From the UHGV virus genome UHGV-0218015: 64,000 nucleotides of DNA; one strand, given 5' to 3'. This document shows positions 37,964 to 46,909 of the stretch, piece by piece. Made by a program: the position numbers and the translations under genes. Position 1 is the first letter of the stretch. Every line of letters starts with the position of its first letter. The notes under the pieces were generated by a model, which was not told the origin of the DNA, did not search any database, and saw only the letters and a list, made by a program, of their open reading frames with translations. Origin of the DNA: a virus.

Positions 37964-38815
37964 ATGTCACACCCGTATTATCTCCCGCGCATTCTAGCAA
38001 ATAGGGACCCCAGTTATTACTACGAACAAACAAAGGGATTTGTTGAACGACTTTATATTCGTGAATTTAATACCGATGAAATGACAGATGGCCAGTATCT
38101 AGAGTATCTAAAAGACCTTTACGCTTTTTCAAAATCGAATAAAGGTAGGTTTGGACGTTACTCAGTCATTAGAGATGATGAATATCGTCATTTAGCTAAG
38201 CCTGTTACTTACCCTATTGTTACACGCGCCTATACATCGGATAGGCAATATATCGCTGAGCTAAAATTTCCATTGCGGATAGACGGGCCCCAAATTAGCG
38301 CTATAGAAGTAGAGATTCAACCAATTGCTGAAGACTATATTGAAGACTACTTCAAGAAAGCTAAAGACGTACTCGAGGAGGGTTTAAGCTACTCTGAAGA
38401 AGGAACGATCTGTCTTCTCTCGTTACTCACGAAGACTTATATCACAGCAAATTTCCGTATCTCCGATTCCAGTAACTACAATACACTTACCCCCTCTAAA
38501 ACAAAACCTGTTTATTGGGACGATCGGCTAGTCGACAGACAACGCTGGCTTACTATCTTAGATAGAGTAAAATTCGAGCCACCTAAACACACCGAAGACG
38601 ATTTTATTTTATTGCACAACTTCGAACCAATTTATATTCCAACGCATTTTGATCAAGCCTTACGTCATCGGTTGAAGTATGTGTTGGAATTACGGTACGG
38701 GAAGATAAATGGGCTGACCTGTTCTGGTGAATTGGGTGAAGAAGAACGCGAGAAGATAAAAATCGTGTATGATAAGTTGGTTGAAGATTACATTAAGAAG
38801 GAAGGGCAATTATGA
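37964..38815 (+). CDS. hypothetical protein (283 aa)
   Basis: AAAAGGAGGATTAG-ATG RBS downstream of promoter motif. Confidence 0.55.
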   Translation: MSHPYYLPRILANRDPSYYYEQTKGFVERLYIREFNTDEMTDGQYLEYLKDLYAFSKSNKGRFGRYSVIRDDEYRHLAKPVTYPIVTRAYTSDRQYIAELKFPLRIDGPQISAIEVEIQPIAEDYIEDYFKKAKDVLEEGLSYSEEGTICLLSLLTKTYITANFRISDSSNYNTLTPSKTKPVYWDDRLVDRQRWLTILDRVKFEPPKHTEDDFILLHNFEPIYIPTHFDQALRHRLKYVLELRYGKINGLTCSGELGEEEREKIKIVYDKLVEDYIKKEGQL

Positions 38816-39255
38816 AACCAAATACTACTAATGGCATTATGTTGCTTTGTGATTCTGAAACGTTAGCAAACCGTATTCGTGGTTTGATGCAAGTACGTTG
38901 GCAGCAGAAAGTTCTCGTGGATTACGATGCACCGTTTGTTCACATTACCTGGTTGCCAGAAGCTAGTGATTTCAAAGAACGTATAACCACGAGAAGAATT
39001 AAAGAATGGTTATCGGCAATCATTAATAAACAGATTACCGTTATCAATTTCCAACTTTTCGGTACCGCTGAAGAACATGAAATCTTGAAACAGTGTTTAA
39101 GAGACTTGGGTCTTTCCTCTTCTGTTCGTGGTAGCTGCTATACGGCTTACTTTATCGGTTCACTTGAACTGTTTAAGAATACACTAATGCTTCAACTAAA
39201 AGACGACTACAAACTTTTAGATAAAATCGATTTCGAATTCCCAGGCATGATTTAA
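38812..39255 (+). CDS. hypothetical protein (147 aa)
   Basis: ATGA overlap coupling. Confidence 0.5.
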   Translation: MKPNTTNGIMLLCDSETLANRIRGLMQVRWQQKVLVDYDAPFVHITWLPEASDFKERITTRRIKEWLSAIINKQITVINFQLFGTAEEHEILKQCLRDLGLSSSVRGSCYTAYFIGSLELFKNTLMLQLKDDYKLLDKIDFEFPGMI

Positions 39256-39266
39256 GGAACTATAAC

Positions 39267-40109
39267 ATGTTACGGTTCGAACTCACCGAAGAAGAAAAAG
39301 TCATCAGCAGGTTTAAGATCTCCCCTATCCCCACTGAAGAACAAATTAAGGAAATCGCTGAGTTACAAAAAACGTACACCTTTTACTATAAAGTTAAATC
39401 GGAATCGTTTAACATTTTCTGGGTAGAAGGTGATGTCGATTTTCCTAACAAACTCATTAGTGCGATTACGGATATTTTAGTACGATCTGTTGAGGTGTCT
39501 AAAGATCCAGAATTACACGATCAAATGACTTGTGGGCTAAAGGACAAGCCAACTACGAAAGGCAACGCTTACTACACAAAGGAGTTCCCACTTACCCCCA
39601 AACAAGCAGATAAAATTGGACCAATACTATACCATTTTTTCAGCGATAAATTCACGTATGTGATTGAAGACAACATGCTTAAAGTGAGCTATGAATATAC
39701 TGCTTATCGATCTCCTATAAATCAACTATTGAAAGATATAGAGGGCGAAAATATTCTGCTATTTACCGTTGAAAACATTACAGAAGCCGGTGCTGATGAG
39801 CTTATCAGTGTTGTGAAAGGTGAATACAAGCTCGCCGAAATAATGATTTATCAAAGCAGATATCTTAAAGGTGACTTGCATCTCCTGATCAAAAACGAAC
39901 CACGACTTCTTAAAACTTTGGAAACCCATGCGAAGAAAATTAAGAGAGACAGTGAATCTTTTAAACACGTTCTCGAGAAATACGAGAAAGAAGTCAGCGA
40001 ACGCCTTTCACGCCACCTTTTTGGGGAGTTCGAAAATCACATTGACAAATACGCCCAGTTGTTTGATAAGTTTTGTAACGAGATGAGAGAAATTCGAAAT
40101 CTCAAATAA
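39267..40109 (+). CDS. hypothetical protein (280 aa)
   Basis: AAGGAACTATAAC-ATG. Confidence 0.5.
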   Translation: MLRFELTEEEKVISRFKISPIPTEEQIKEIAELQKTYTFYYKVKSESFNIFWVEGDVDFPNKLISAITDILVRSVEVSKDPELHDQMTCGLKDKPTTKGNAYYTKEFPLTPKQADKIGPILYHFFSDKFTYVIEDNMLKVSYEYTAYRSPINQLLKDIEGENILLFTVENITEAGADELISVVKGEYKLAEIMIYQSRYLKGDLHLLIKNEPRLLKTLETHAKKIKRDSESFKHVLEKYEKEVSERLSRHLFGEFENHIDKYAQLFDKFCNEMREIRNLK

Positions 40110-40151
40110 CGAAGGCTTAATCACACCACCATTTACCTAAAGGAGCATTAA

Positions 40152-40667
40152 ATGTCAGTAAATATTAACATGAATCTTTATACTAAACGTGAACGTCAGA
40201 TTCTGGCGAATCAACCTGGTGTTACGACTATCGACGGTAAACCTATTGACCGTTTAAAAGTTATCGTTGCGCGAAATTGTCATGAACACGATTGGGACAT
40301 CACTTACTTCCGTTGTTGTTCGGTCGCAAACGCGCTTACTCAACTCTCTAACTACCACTCAGGACCGCTATTAAAAGACTGGGTTTGGTTAGTGCCTAGA
40401 ACACCCTCAGCAATTGAGTATCCCGCTGGACTAGTTTATATTCGACCTGTCGCTTATCCAGAGCGTCTGAAAGAATATCTTGAAGTTATCTGGAACCGTC
40501 CTCGTAAAGAGCTGGTGACGATTATTAATTTACTGCAGCAGATCGAAATCCCTGGCGTTTCGAATTTGAAACTCACGTCTCGCGATATTAACCAGGCTTA
40601 CTGGGAACTGGAGTGGACAGAACCGAAATTCGAAAACACTAACCGTATTTTCTTGCACCGGGGGTAA
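40152..40667 (+). CDS. hypothetical protein (171 aa)
   Basis: CCTAAAGGAGCATTAA-ATG conserved RBS context. Confidence 0.5.
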   Translation: MSVNINMNLYTKRERQILANQPGVTTIDGKPIDRLKVIVARNCHEHDWDITYFRCCSVANALTQLSNYHSGPLLKDWVWLVPRTPSAIEYPAGLVYIRPVAYPERLKEYLEVIWNRPRKELVTIINLLQQIEIPGVSNLKLTSRDINQAYWELEWTEPKFENTNRIFLHRG

Positions 40668-40669
40668 AA

Positions 40670-40951
40670 ATGTTAGATTGGTTGTTGGGTTTAATTAACT
40701 CACGTCAACAGGAGCTTTATAAAGAAAACACGCGATTACGGCAGGAGCTTAGTAACAATCGTCAAACCAAACGACAATTAATTCGGGTGGTAAAACAACA
40801 GGCGCGTTGTATACGTGATATCGATTATCAGTATCACCGTCTGAATACCTTAGACCCAACAACAAAAGCCCTCGGTGGAACAATCGGACACGCACGGAAA
40901 GTCAGTCACGATGCGTTAGTTCGATTAGATACAATAGAAGAGAAACTGTGA
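40670..40951 (+). CDS. hypothetical protein (93 aa)
   Basis: ORF coupled 2 nt after upstream stop. Confidence 0.45.
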   Translation: MLDWLLGLINSRQQELYKENTRLRQELSNNRQTKRQLIRVVKQQARCIRDIDYQYHRLNTLDPTTKALGGTIGHARKVSHDALVRLDTIEEKL

Positions 40952-40957
40952 TTAGCT

Positions 40958-40980
40958 CTCCCTCGGGAACACCGAGGGAG
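40958..40980 (+). promoter_or_regulatory. GC-rich stem-loop without T-run at intergenic junction (possible RNA processing or translational control element)
   Basis: Stem CTCCCTCGG / GAACA / CCGAGGGAG, 5 nt upstream of the GTG start of the next gene. Confidence 0.3.
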
Positions 40981-40985
40981 ATAAG

Positions 40986-41384
40986 GTGATTTACATGATA
41001 CGTTTATTTTACTTAAAAAGGCGTTTGTCATTAAAAGCCCAACTGTTTGTTAACGAGAAAGTTAAAAACTGGCTGTGCGGTAAAAGGGTACAATATGTCG
41101 TTAAAGAAGGCGACTGGTATACGGAGGTTGTGACTTCCCCTAACGGTGAACTTATAAACGTTACTATTCGTGACGTTATGGTTAAGGTTGGTAGGGGTGG
41201 CGGTCGGTTGTTTGAATCGGAAACTATAAGAGTCGCTGCTAAACAATTGAAAGATGGTCGAGTTTTATTCAATGTTACCGCCCAGAAATACTACGACAAT
41301 TTATTCGAGTGTCAACGAGCAATGGACAGAATGACCCGTGAGATGCGAAGAATGCACATTACGGAGATCACAATAGGAGTTTAA
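40986..41384 (+). CDS. hypothetical protein (132 aa)
   Basis: GTG start after AAGG; ATG at 40995 is an alternative. Confidence 0.45.
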   Translation: MIYMIRLFYLKRRLSLKAQLFVNEKVKNWLCGKRVQYVVKEGDWYTEVVTSPNGELINVTIRDVMVKVGRGGGRLFESETIRVAAKQLKDGRVLFNVTAQKYYDNLFECQRAMDRMTREMRRMHITEITIGV

Positions 41385-41695
41385 TGATGGAAAATAAAAT
41401 CGCGAACACATCGGCACCTGAGAACATTGTCAATTATATTCTCAGTGGCGGGTTATTAGAAGACAACAAAGAAACGTGCGATAAACTCGTTTCTCAACTA
41501 CTGCCTATTCGTTCAGAATACTGCGAAATCGTTATCTTAGGTTCCGAGTATTGTGTACGCTCTTACTGCCGACGTTTCGAAGCTTTACGCGTTCCACGTA
41601 CGTTAGGCGGCGTAATACTTTTAGTCTCTAACTTCCACAGTGCACACGTTCGTGTTGCAACCTGGATTGCAAACGGTGGCGATAATGGTTTTTAA
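41384..41695 (+). CDS. hypothetical protein (103 aa)
   Basis: ORF in array. Confidence 0.45.
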   Translation: MMENKIANTSAPENIVNYILSGGLLEDNKETCDKLVSQLLPIRSEYCEIVILGSEYCVRSYCRRFEALRVPRTLGGVILLVSNFHSAHVRVATWIANGGDNGF

Positions 41696-41981
41696 ACTAA
41701 TTCGACTATTTAAACGTAAGAAATGTCCTGTCTGCGAAATTAATGAAAAGATTATTGCTAAGCAAGACGAGCTAATCAAGCAACAAGATAAGTTGCTCAC
41801 TGAAATGGGCGAACGCTATTTTAAACTTTGTGCTATTACCGAACTGATTAGTGAAGGTGTGTTAACGAAAGACGGTGGGTTAGAGTTGGTCAAGAAGGCA
41901 ACGATTCACTGTCGCCCTGAAGTAGAAAAATATAAACTTGAAGTGAAACGTGAAATGTGGGAGATCATTAATGAAGCGTGA
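41685..41981 (+). CDS. hypothetical protein (about 98 aa; ATG 41685 preferred), C-P-V-C motif
   Basis: ATG at 41685 overlaps upstream stop; the track ORF from 41640 overlaps the previous gene by 56 nt. Confidence 0.4.
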   Translation: MVFKLIRLFKRKKCPVCEINEKIIAKQDELIKQQDKLLTEMGERYFKLCAITELISEGVLTKDGGLELVKKATIHCRPEVEKYKLEVKREMWEIINEA

Positions 41982-42252
41982 AACGGTTGTATTTCGTAGT
42001 AATGGTGATGTGGTTTTGTATCGTGGTAAGAAACGTATTCGTACGTTAGAATACCGAGAAGCAAAACGTTTCGTTGAAGAGTGTGCGTGGTTAATGCATT
42101 ACGAAGGGAACTATCGCGCCATCTTAGAAGCACCGCGTTTAGAACGTGCAGTTGCGCAGATGGCAATAGGTAATCCTAAGAACTGTTACCTGGCCCGTAA
42201 GCCCAAATACCTACAGCGTGTCTCGCTAGGCAGTTTTATTGCGGGTTTTTAA
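41950..42252 (+). CDS. hypothetical protein (100 aa)
   Basis: ORF overlapping upstream gene end. Confidence 0.4.
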   Translation: MKCGRSLMKRETVVFRSNGDVVLYRGKKRIRTLEYREAKRFVEECAWLMHYEGNYRAILEAPRLERAVAQMAIGNPKNCYLARKPKYLQRVSLGSFIAGF

Positions 42253-42257
42253 TAAAA

Positions 42258-42310
42258 ATATTTTCAGATATATATTACCTAGGTGAGAGTTCAGTTACTC
42301 TCACTTAACG
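42258..42310 (+). promoter_or_regulatory. conserved phage promoter-like motif with downstream hairpin (copy 3)
   Basis: ATTTTCAGATATATATTACCTAGGTGAGAG followed by hairpin GTGAGAG-TTCAGTTA-CTCTCAC, then CTTAACG. Confidence 0.55.
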
Positions 42311-42333
42311 AAACCATTTTAGGAGAATATACC

Positions 42334-42828
42334 ATGAACTTCACTAGACTTGATTACACTAACGAATTAGTCGACAAAGAAAAATACAAATTCACGATTG
42401 ACTTGGGTTACGGGCTGTGGGACGTAGAAAAAGATATTCTACACAAAGAATTCCGTGAGCAATTCGGTGCATTATTCTGCGCAGGATTCCGTAGAAATTC
42501 TATTGATATCGGTTATGGTGCAACACCGTATAGCGACGAAGAAATGTTTAAGCTGATAACACAGATTATCGGAACTCGTGTGGCTAAACGTTTTAATTAT
42601 TCTAACGAACTTGTTTCGAAAGAACATTACAAGTTCACTGTTAGACTACCTGTTCCTCTCTTTAAAGAAGATAAGAATAGACTCTATAAAGCCCTACAAA
42701 CCGAATTCGGTAAAACGCTCAAAGTAGGGTTCCGCAGTCGTAGTATCGATATCGGAATTAGCGTAGACGTGTGCAGTGACGATGACCTTTACGAATTAGT
42801 TTCGGAAGTTATCGGAAAACACCTCTAA
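42334..42828 (+). CDS. hypothetical protein (about 164 aa) built from an internal tandem duplication of an 80-aa module
   Basis: AGGAGAATATACC-ATG; halves NFTRLDYTNELVDKEKYKFTIDLG...GFRRNSIDIGYG and RFNYSNELVSKEHYKFTVRLP...GFRSRSIDIGIS align; the track start 42283 lies inside the promoter motif. Confidence 0.55.
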   Translation: MNFTRLDYTNELVDKEKYKFTIDLGYGLWDVEKDILHKEFREQFGALFCAGFRRNSIDIGYGATPYSDEEMFKLITQIIGTRVAKRFNYSNELVSKEHYKFTVRLPVPLFKEDKNRLYKALQTEFGKTLKVGFRSRSIDIGISVDVCSDDDLYELVSEVIGKHL

Positions 42829-42872
42829 GCGTAAATTAACGCTTCAGCTTGTAAAACCAAAAGGAAAATAAA

Positions 42873-43649
42873 ATGAAAACTATCGAGTTTAAGAATAGTA
42901 GTCTTTGGGCATACACGCACATCATTACGAGTTTCCTGAAAAACGTTACTCCACATCTTGCTTATCAGATTTATGGGAATGAGCTCACTATCGGTGGTTT
43001 TAACGAGGATGAATTAAAACGAGCAAAAGAGTTCATTGACGATGTTCTTCGTGGTGAAGCAACGTGTTTAGTTGCATGTTACGTTGCTAAAGACAAAGGA
43101 AGATTAAACGTCATGGCAATTTTCAGATCGTTCTCCGAAAAAGTATACGAAGTTGAGAAGATTAGTCATACCGTTTATATTGTTTACTTTAAACGTTCGG
43201 CGGAGAAAAACGCTGATAAAATTCTGGAGTATTTCGACTGTAACCCGGGGGAAGGTATGGATGTCTATACGCTCGGTTACGATGGGGTACCTCACCGGAA
43301 TAACCTTATTCGCATTGACGAACCTTTTTCAGTCAATGACGATTCCTCGCCTATAGAGATGGTTCTGGTACACAAAGATCGATTCGCGCATTACGATTCT
43401 GATACTATTCAACGTGTCCTGAACAACGTTAATATTCAGTTTTCACAAACCGAGCACTTAGTACGTGCATGTCTTAGGTCTAATGGCACAACATCATTTT
43501 TCTTCGAACGTCAAACTGTTTGGCATACTTATCTGGCTCTGATGGAAGAACTTGATAGGATCGAGCCAGTTCAGGTTGGTGCAAATTGCTTATATTGGAT
43601 AAAAACAAAAGGGTTCATGAATGAAAACGCTCAATTCAGATTTGCGTGA
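42873..43649 (+). CDS. hypothetical protein (258 aa)
   Basis: CCAAAAGGAAAATAAA-ATG RBS. Confidence 0.5.
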   Translation: MKTIEFKNSSLWAYTHIITSFLKNVTPHLAYQIYGNELTIGGFNEDELKRAKEFIDDVLRGEATCLVACYVAKDKGRLNVMAIFRSFSEKVYEVEKISHTVYIVYFKRSAEKNADKILEYFDCNPGEGMDVYTLGYDGVPHRNNLIRIDEPFSVNDDSSPIEMVLVHKDRFAHYDSDTIQRVLNNVNIQFSQTEHLVRACLRSNGTTSFFFERQTVWHTYLALMEELDRIEPVQVGANCLYWIKTKGFMNENAQFRFA

Positions 43650-44049
43650 TTACATCCGTCAGTACCCAGCCAGTATTCCTGTACTGGCGTCGCTTACGCT
43701 TTCAGGTACTGACGTTAACATCTTAACGGTGGAACAGTTCCACGAGATAATAAAAACCGCTTATAACTCCATTACCGCAACGTCAGTACGTAAACGTTGC
43801 GATTATCCCGACGGGGATTTCGGCACCGAGATGTTTACAGATTATGCGGTTGCGTTTCTGTTAGGGCGACACTGCCTCGATAAACTTAACACTGCTGTAG
43901 AAGGGGAAACAGTGACGGAAATAGTCAACGCTTGGCAGCAACGTATTCTGAGCGACGCTTACTGCCGACAGGCGTTAAAACGAATGTCCACAACGGCGAT
44001 TACAAACGACCAGCGTGCTTTAGAGTTCTTTAAGCACAATTACAGCTAA
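43621..44049 (+). CDS. hypothetical protein (142 aa), paralog of 44910..45341
   Basis: MKTLNSDLRDYIRQYPASIPVLASL parallels MFFVLNDEIRNYIRNNPIALGVLAGF. Confidence 0.5.
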   Translation: MKTLNSDLRDYIRQYPASIPVLASLTLSGTDVNILTVEQFHEIIKTAYNSITATSVRKRCDYPDGDFGTEMFTDYAVAFLLGRHCLDKLNTAVEGETVTEIVNAWQQRILSDAYCRQALKRMSTTAITNDQRALEFFKHNYS

Positions 44050-44071
44050 TTTACCAAAAGGAAAAAATGAC

Positions 44072-44833
44072 ATGTTTAATATCGAAATTACCCCGCTCGT
44101 TAAAACTGAAATCCGTCCGGTTCCTGAAGCACAGTTACTCGATCAACTTTATCGCATATTCCTGGATAAAGGTGTACATTTCCGTGTAGAGCAGGTCAAC
44201 GATGAAAGCATCGTATTCTACTGGACTCACTGCAACGATTATCTTTGCGACACTATTGCGAAAGAAATCGGTGAGTTACTCAACTCAGCAGAAGGTACCA
44301 CGAACACTCGGGTGGAAACGACCGAGACTGAACAACCGAAAGTAGAAGAACAGCAGAAAGACGAACCACACGTCCTCTGGTACGAAGGTAAGAAGATTAA
44401 GGAAATTAAAGAAGCGTTAGAGACCCTCTATCCCGACGATTTAGGCATTTATTCGGATAACGATAAGATCGTCGTTCGATTGAAGAAAGACGATCGTAAT
44501 CTCATGGAAGAAATTAGTTCTATCGCTGAGCTGATCGATAACGATGCCGTTCGACTTATTTCGATTCACGGTATCGGAAAAGATACCGCTGATGAACTCA
44601 TGCGTGTGGCTGTGCACGAACACAAGGAGAAAATTCGTCAATCCGTTTACAAAGGTGAAACACTCACCGTTTTGATCGACAACGATGTTGAGGTTTTCAA
44701 ATCATTAACGAACTTTTTGCGAATTGTTTCAACGGATTCTTATATCGAAAAAGCACGTGCCTTGGTTCTCGAAAAGCTTTTTAATATTTACAACAAAGAT
44801 TGCGATTGTCCTAATTGTCAAAAACGTCGTTAA
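44072..44833 (+). CDS. hypothetical protein (253 aa) with C-terminal CDCPNC zinc-ribbon-like motif
   Basis: ACCAAAAGGAAAAA-ATG; C-terminus NKDCDCPNCQKRR. Confidence 0.5.
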   Translation: MFNIEITPLVKTEIRPVPEAQLLDQLYRIFLDKGVHFRVEQVNDESIVFYWTHCNDYLCDTIAKEIGELLNSAEGTTNTRVETTETEQPKVEEQQKDEPHVLWYEGKKIKEIKEALETLYPDDLGIYSDNDKIVVRLKKDDRNLMEEISSIAELIDNDAVRLISIHGIGKDTADELMRVAVHEHKEKIRQSVYKGETLTVLIDNDVEVFKSLTNFLRIVSTDSYIEKARALVLEKLFNIYNKDCDCPNCQKRR

Positions 44834-44858
44834 TTAACGATATTCTAAATTCAACCAA

Positions 44859-44891
44859 GGGGTGGATTACCACCCCTCTATTATTGTATTT
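44859..44891 (+). terminator. rho-independent terminator
   Basis: Stem GGGGTGG / ATTA / CCACCCC followed by TCTATTATTGTATTT. Confidence 0.6.
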
Positions 44892-44909
44892 ACCTAAAGG
44901 AGTATTAAA

Positions 44910-45341
44910 ATGTTTTTCGTATTAAATGATGAAATCCGTAACTACATTCGTAACAATCCGATTGCTTTGGGCGTTCTAGCAGGTTTCTGTCGTCCAAATA
45001 CTGACTTCGATTTAGTTAAGTTAGAAGAATATCAGGAAATTGTGAATACTAACTACATGCACATCTGTAGCTGGGGTAAACGTCCTCGCGAAGAGTACCC
45101 TGTAGGTGAGTTAGGTGACACTATGCATCGTGACCAGAATCTGATGCACGAATTCGTTGAATACACACTGGAAAATCTTAACTATCCGCTTCTTGTCGAC
45201 ACTGTACCAGAAATGGTTGACGAATGGTTAAGTCGTGTTTACAATGACCCTACTGCCAACAAGTTACTGAGTCAGATGTCACAAACTTCTCGTGACATCG
45301 ACACTCGTACGCTGATGTACTTAGCACACAACGTTCGCTAA
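44910..45341 (+). CDS. hypothetical protein (143 aa), paralog of 43621..44049
   Basis: CCTAAAGGAGTATTAAA-ATG; paralogous N-terminus. Confidence 0.5.
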   Translation: MFFVLNDEIRNYIRNNPIALGVLAGFCRPNTDFDLVKLEEYQEIVNTNYMHICSWGKRPREEYPVGELGDTMHRDQNLMHEFVEYTLENLNYPLLVDTVPEMVDEWLSRVYNDPTANKLLSQMSQTSRDIDTRTLMYLAHNVR

Positions 45342-45348
45342 CCTTACT

Positions 45349-45402
45349 CCGCTATAGGCTTCGGTCTATAGCGGAATTAATTTTCTTTCCCTTTTCTTTT
45401 TT
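45349..45402 (+). terminator. rho-independent terminator
   Basis: Stem CCGCTATAG / GCTTCGGT / CTATAGCGG followed by a T-rich tract. Confidence 0.75.
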
Positions 45403-45508
45403 GTTATTTTGACGCTGCTTTACTTACCTTCTACTCGACTATTCCTATGCTGGCTGAGGGATGTAAAACGACCTCTTAAACCTTTTTTACTTATTGTGAG
45501 TTAACGCG

Positions 45509-46357
45509 ATGTCTCTTACGTCAAAACAGAAACTGCTAAAACTCATCAACACTGAAAACAATATTGTTCCGCCATTGACCTTCAGTGATGTTGATATCGG
45601 CGAACCTACTGGTACTGGGGTTGATACCCAGGTGGTTCTGACTTCTAAACTCAAAGGCGATGAGTCTACTACTTTAACGGTGACTTACCATCGTCGTAAT
45701 TTGCCCGAATACCTAACAGGTGAGTTGGTATTCGGTAACGACGGTGTTGTAACCGCCTCAGATTTGCTTAACGCAATCAACGCAAAATACGATTTAAATA
45801 TTCTGCCATCGGATATCGTTGATGCGAAAGTTGAAGGTAAAACCCACCAACTTACCGCTAACGAGAAATCTTACGAGTGGTGTGGCGAAGTGACGCTTAC
45901 GCTACGCGATCCTATTGATCTGGCTAAATTGCTACCTGTTACTCAATTAGAAAACCTGGTAGAGTATCCGTCCACTAAGAAAGGTAACGCTGCGGTTTAT
46001 TCTTACCCAATTGACTTCACCGCAGAAAAAGATTACCTTGATCCAATTACCATCAACGGCACCGTAGACTTAGTAGAGTTAGCTACTAAACTGACTAACG
46101 TTGTTGATGAGAAATGGGTAAGCGTACCTAAGAACGCTGCTAATAACTTGTTCGGTGCTAAGGTTATCTACGATGGCCCTACCGCAGGTTTCGAAGGCGC
46201 AAATGCGAAGTACACGCGTGTGCTGGTACTCGCCCTAAGCGGTATGTGTTCTAACCTGACCGGTAAACTGTTAATTCACTTTAACGGAACCGATCGTCCG
46301 AAGTCGAAGATTGAATTAGCCAAGACTAATTCGGTCTTACCGGGATTCTTAGATTAA
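45509..46357 (+). CDS. member 1 of a four-gene paralog family (282 aa), unknown function, possibly virion-associated
   Basis: N-terminus SKQKLLKLINTEN...LTFSDVDIGEPTG parallels 46371, 49515 and 50113 products. Confidence 0.55.
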   Translation: MSLTSKQKLLKLINTENNIVPPLTFSDVDIGEPTGTGVDTQVVLTSKLKGDESTTLTVTYHRRNLPEYLTGELVFGNDGVVTASDLLNAINAKYDLNILPSDIVDAKVEGKTHQLTANEKSYEWCGEVTLTLRDPIDLAKLLPVTQLENLVEYPSTKKGNAAVYSYPIDFTAEKDYLDPITINGTVDLVELATKLTNVVDEKWVSVPKNAANNLFGAKVIYDGPTAGFEGANAKYTRVLVLALSGMCSNLTGKLLIHFNGTDRPKSKIELAKTNSVLPGFLD

Positions 46358-46370
46358 GAGGATTACAGTA

Positions 46371-46847
46371 ATGACCAGTCAAGAAACTATTTTCGACCTT
46401 ATTAAAAAGGCTAACCCAGACGCCGAGCTCGACACCGCCAAAGTCACATTGGGTGAGCCCGTCGTAAGTACCGGTACGTACAACACCGAAATTACGGTTG
46501 TGCCGGTTAAAAATCTCGGTTATGTTAATAAGCAAACGTTCCAGTATAACCGCATTGATGCAGGTTTGTATTTCCTCAACGTATTGCCGAAACTGTTAGT
46601 TGAGACAGCAACCACGACTGCGGACCTGCTGCCTGTAATTAACGAGCAGTATGGCTTAACCCTTACCGAAGACGATGTGTGGGTAGAGCAGGTTGGTGCG
46701 TTGCCGCTAGACGGCAGTGCAATCGAGCACGGTATTTTCTTCCGCCCCGAGTGTCTAACCTGGGTCGGTGGTTTTACAGTGCGTGTTGCGCGTAAACCGT
46801 CTGTCGAGACACCGCCAGCTAAGCCATCGCGCGCTAAGAAGAAATAA
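46371..46847 (+). CDS. member 2 of paralog family (158 aa)
   Basis: TIFDLIKKANPDAELDTAKVTLGEPVV parallels family N-termini; GAGGATTACAGTA-ATG. Confidence 0.55.
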   Translation: MTSQETIFDLIKKANPDAELDTAKVTLGEPVVSTGTYNTEITVVPVKNLGYVNKQTFQYNRIDAGLYFLNVLPKLLVETATTTADLLPVINEQYGLTLTEDDVWVEQVGALPLDGSAIEHGIFFRPECLTWVGGFTVRVARKPSVETPPAKPSRAKKK

Positions 46848-46852
46848 CTACA

Positions 46853-46886
46853 GGGTGGGGTAATCCCACCCTCTTTTCTTTTTTTG
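46853..46886 (+). terminator. rho-independent terminator
   Basis: Stem GGGTGGG / GTAA / TCCCACCC followed by TCTTTTCTTTTTTT. Confidence 0.8.
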
Positions 46887-46909
46887 TGTAAAAAGAGGAG
46901 TTAAAGAAA

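Noticed and set aside
45403-45508. Possible sigma70 promoter (TTGACG ... TACTCG) and TTGTGAG..TTAACG box upstream of gene 45509
   Set aside because: Weak -10, and the partial similarity to the conserved motif lacks the hairpin
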